From assembly GCF_036971445.1 (NCBI RefSeq), contig NC_091473.1, positions 205,964,001-206,028,000 of the forward strand: a DNA stretch of 64,000 nt, in the 5' to 3' direction. This stretch comes from Narcine bancroftii (Eukaryota). Within the stretch, counting starts at the first letter, position 1. The number at the start of each line of letters is the position of its first letter. The position numbers were made by a program, and so were the translations under genes. The notes under the pieces are model-generated. The model saw only the letters and a program-made list of their open reading frames with translations, did no database searches and was not told where the DNA came from. This document shows, piece by piece, positions 62,205-64,000 of the stretch.

Positions 62205-64000
62205 GGGGGCGTGGCAAGATGGCGTAAGGAACAGACGTGCCTTCCAGTCCTCTCCAGACTCTAACTTATTGTTTTGTCTTTAAGTGCACCTTAAAAAATT
62301 TTTAAAATGTTTATAAATAGTATGAGGTGTTGAATTTATACCTGCTGATACATTTGTTAAAAGAAAGTAAAAGGAAACATCAACAGATTGTTAAAAAATT
62401 ATATTTTCTGAAATTATCTGAGCCTGCTTGTTTACAAAAAAACCACGACTCAGCGTGAAATGGATCCAGGAAAAGAAGCGAAGAATTTCGCCTTGGAGCT
62501 CCGCTCTGAATCCGTAAATCTTTCTGAAGGTCGTTTTCAAGAGCCTTTAGAACAAAGGGCTGGCCGGATGCCAGTATTTCAAACAACGTCTACTGTTACT
62601 GAGACTTTGACTGCTGAATTAGTTGGGGCGCCACCAGTTGGAGAGATAAAGAGTTGTTATTTGACTGCTATACCATCAGTTACAACAGCTCTTCCTGATA
62701 CTGACGTAACGAAGCCTTTAAAGGAGGTTTGAATCAAAGATAACCCTGATCATCAGATTCCTGACACTTCTGGGGGGTCTGAGGCAGGGGCTTTTACACG
62801 GAGTCAAACTGCAAGAAAAGCTACTAAATTAAAAGAAGGGATAGAAGGTCCTCTGATTCCACAAGAACAGCAGGATCCCACTATGTCTGGATCAACTGAT
62901 GTTGATATACTTTTCAAGAGTCTTGAACATAAGATATTTCCTTCAATGATGCATTTAGGTGATTCTGTGCATAATCTTATTTCTAAGATTAATGCATTGG
63001 TGGATGTCAATACTCAACAGATAGCTGATTATGGAGATTTTAAAATCGAAACTATTGAAAGACTTGAGATGTGGGATCAAGGATTATCTGATGTACAAGA
63101 TCAATTGCAAGATGTAAATAAAACAATTGAAACGCTACAGATTCCGAATAAAAATTTAGTAAAAAAGGTTGATTATTTGGAGAACCAATCTAGACAGAAT
63201 AATGTGAAAATTTTTGGCTTGCCAAAAGGCATAGAAGGGCCAGATCCAAGAAAATTTTTTACTGAATGGATTCCAAAAGTGTTGGGACAAGATAAGTTTC
63301 CTGAAGGTTTAATATTGGAACGGGCTCGTAGAGCTTTGAGAAGGAAACCTTTTTCAGGACAGAATCCAAGAACTGTTTTGGTTCGCTGTTTAAATTACCA
63401 TGATAGAGAGACTATTTTACGTATGGCTATTAGAAATGCACAGCAAAACAGATCTCCTTTGTTGGTTCAGAGTAATCGTGTTTTCTTCTATCCGGATTTG
63501 TGTCAGGAAATTATGTTTCAACGACGTGAACTTAATTCTGTGAAAGAAGTATTGTGGAAAAAAGGATATAAGGCAAGATTTAGATACACTGCGGTACTGA
63601 AGATTTTTCAGGATGGATATCAACCAAAGTTCTTCGACAATCCTAAAGAAGCAATGGACTTTTCTCAGTCTTTACCAATTACACAATTCCAGGAACAACG
63701 TAGACCTCCACGGTCTCCAAAGAGGGAAGAGCTGCAAGAAGGGTATCTGATTTCTGGAAGAAATGGAAGAAACGGTGGTTGCAATGGCAAAGTTGATTAA
63801 AAAAAATAGAAAAAAATATTTTTAATTATTTTTTGTTGAGAAGATTTTAAATAGTGATGGGAGTTTGGAGAGGGAACTGGGTGGGCACCAATTTCCAGAA
63901 GTCATCAGCTGCGTGCGAGCGACCTCACACCCAATATTTTGGGGGAGTTACCGCATTAGGTGGTTTAAACAGGAAGAGGTAATTGTGACCTCCGACCTCT
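62205..64000 (+). mobile_element. L1 5' end (5' UTR, ORF1, inter-ORF spacer), continues past the window
   Basis: GGGGGCGTGGCAAGATGGCG start; ORF1 with L1 RRM/CTD motifs. Confidence 0.92.
62883..63800 (+). CDS. L1 ORF1p C-terminal 305 aa (coiled coil-RRM-CTD); true start probably ~62348 but disrupted
   Basis: LENQSRQNNVKIFGLPKG..LERARRA..PRTVLVR..FFYPDL..YTAVLKI. Confidence 0.85.
   Translation: MSGSTDVDILFKSLEHKIFPSMMHLGDSVHNLISKINALVDVNTQQIADYGDFKIETIERLEMWDQGLSDVQDQLQDVNKTIETLQIPNKNLVKKVDYLENQSRQNNVKIFGLPKGIEGPDPRKFFTEWIPKVLGQDKFPEGLILERARRALRRKPFSGQNPRTVLVRCLNYHDRETILRMAIRNAQQNRSPLLVQSNRVFFYPDLCQEIMFQRRELNSVKEVLWKKGYKARFRYTAVLKIFQDGYQPKFFDNPKEAMDFSQSLPITQFQEQRRPPRSPKREELQEGYLISGRNGRNGGCNGKVD

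Overview
Vertebrate genomic DNA, probably from a cartilaginous fish (ray or shark); this is inferred from the repeat families and V-gene style, not from a database search. The window is part of a T-cell receptor alpha/delta-type variable (V) gene array. About 15-19 V segments or remnants can be seen, all on the + strand, recognised by 46-52 nt phase-1 leader exons, Ig-V framework motifs (C..WY.Q.PG..D.A.Y.C) and 3' 23-bp-spacer recombination signal sequences (RSS). None is fully intact as assembled; the best (11245-11635) has a single 1-bp frameshift. No convincing D, J or C segments were found. The array grew by tandem duplication of V cassettes (a triplicated unit at ~10-15.4 kb; an older duplicated unit at ~40-57 kb). 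It is heavily invaded by L1, CR1, Rex1/Babar and Gypsy retroelements, hAT MITEs and a Penelope-type repeat with a hammerhead-like motif. Highlights: V genes preceded by two tandem leader exons, an intron deletion creating a single-exon leader-V reading frame, coding-end deletions abutting retained RSS heptamers, and a V exon split by a 7.8-kb Gypsy element that itself carries a twin-primed L1 and a CR1. There are five assembly gaps.
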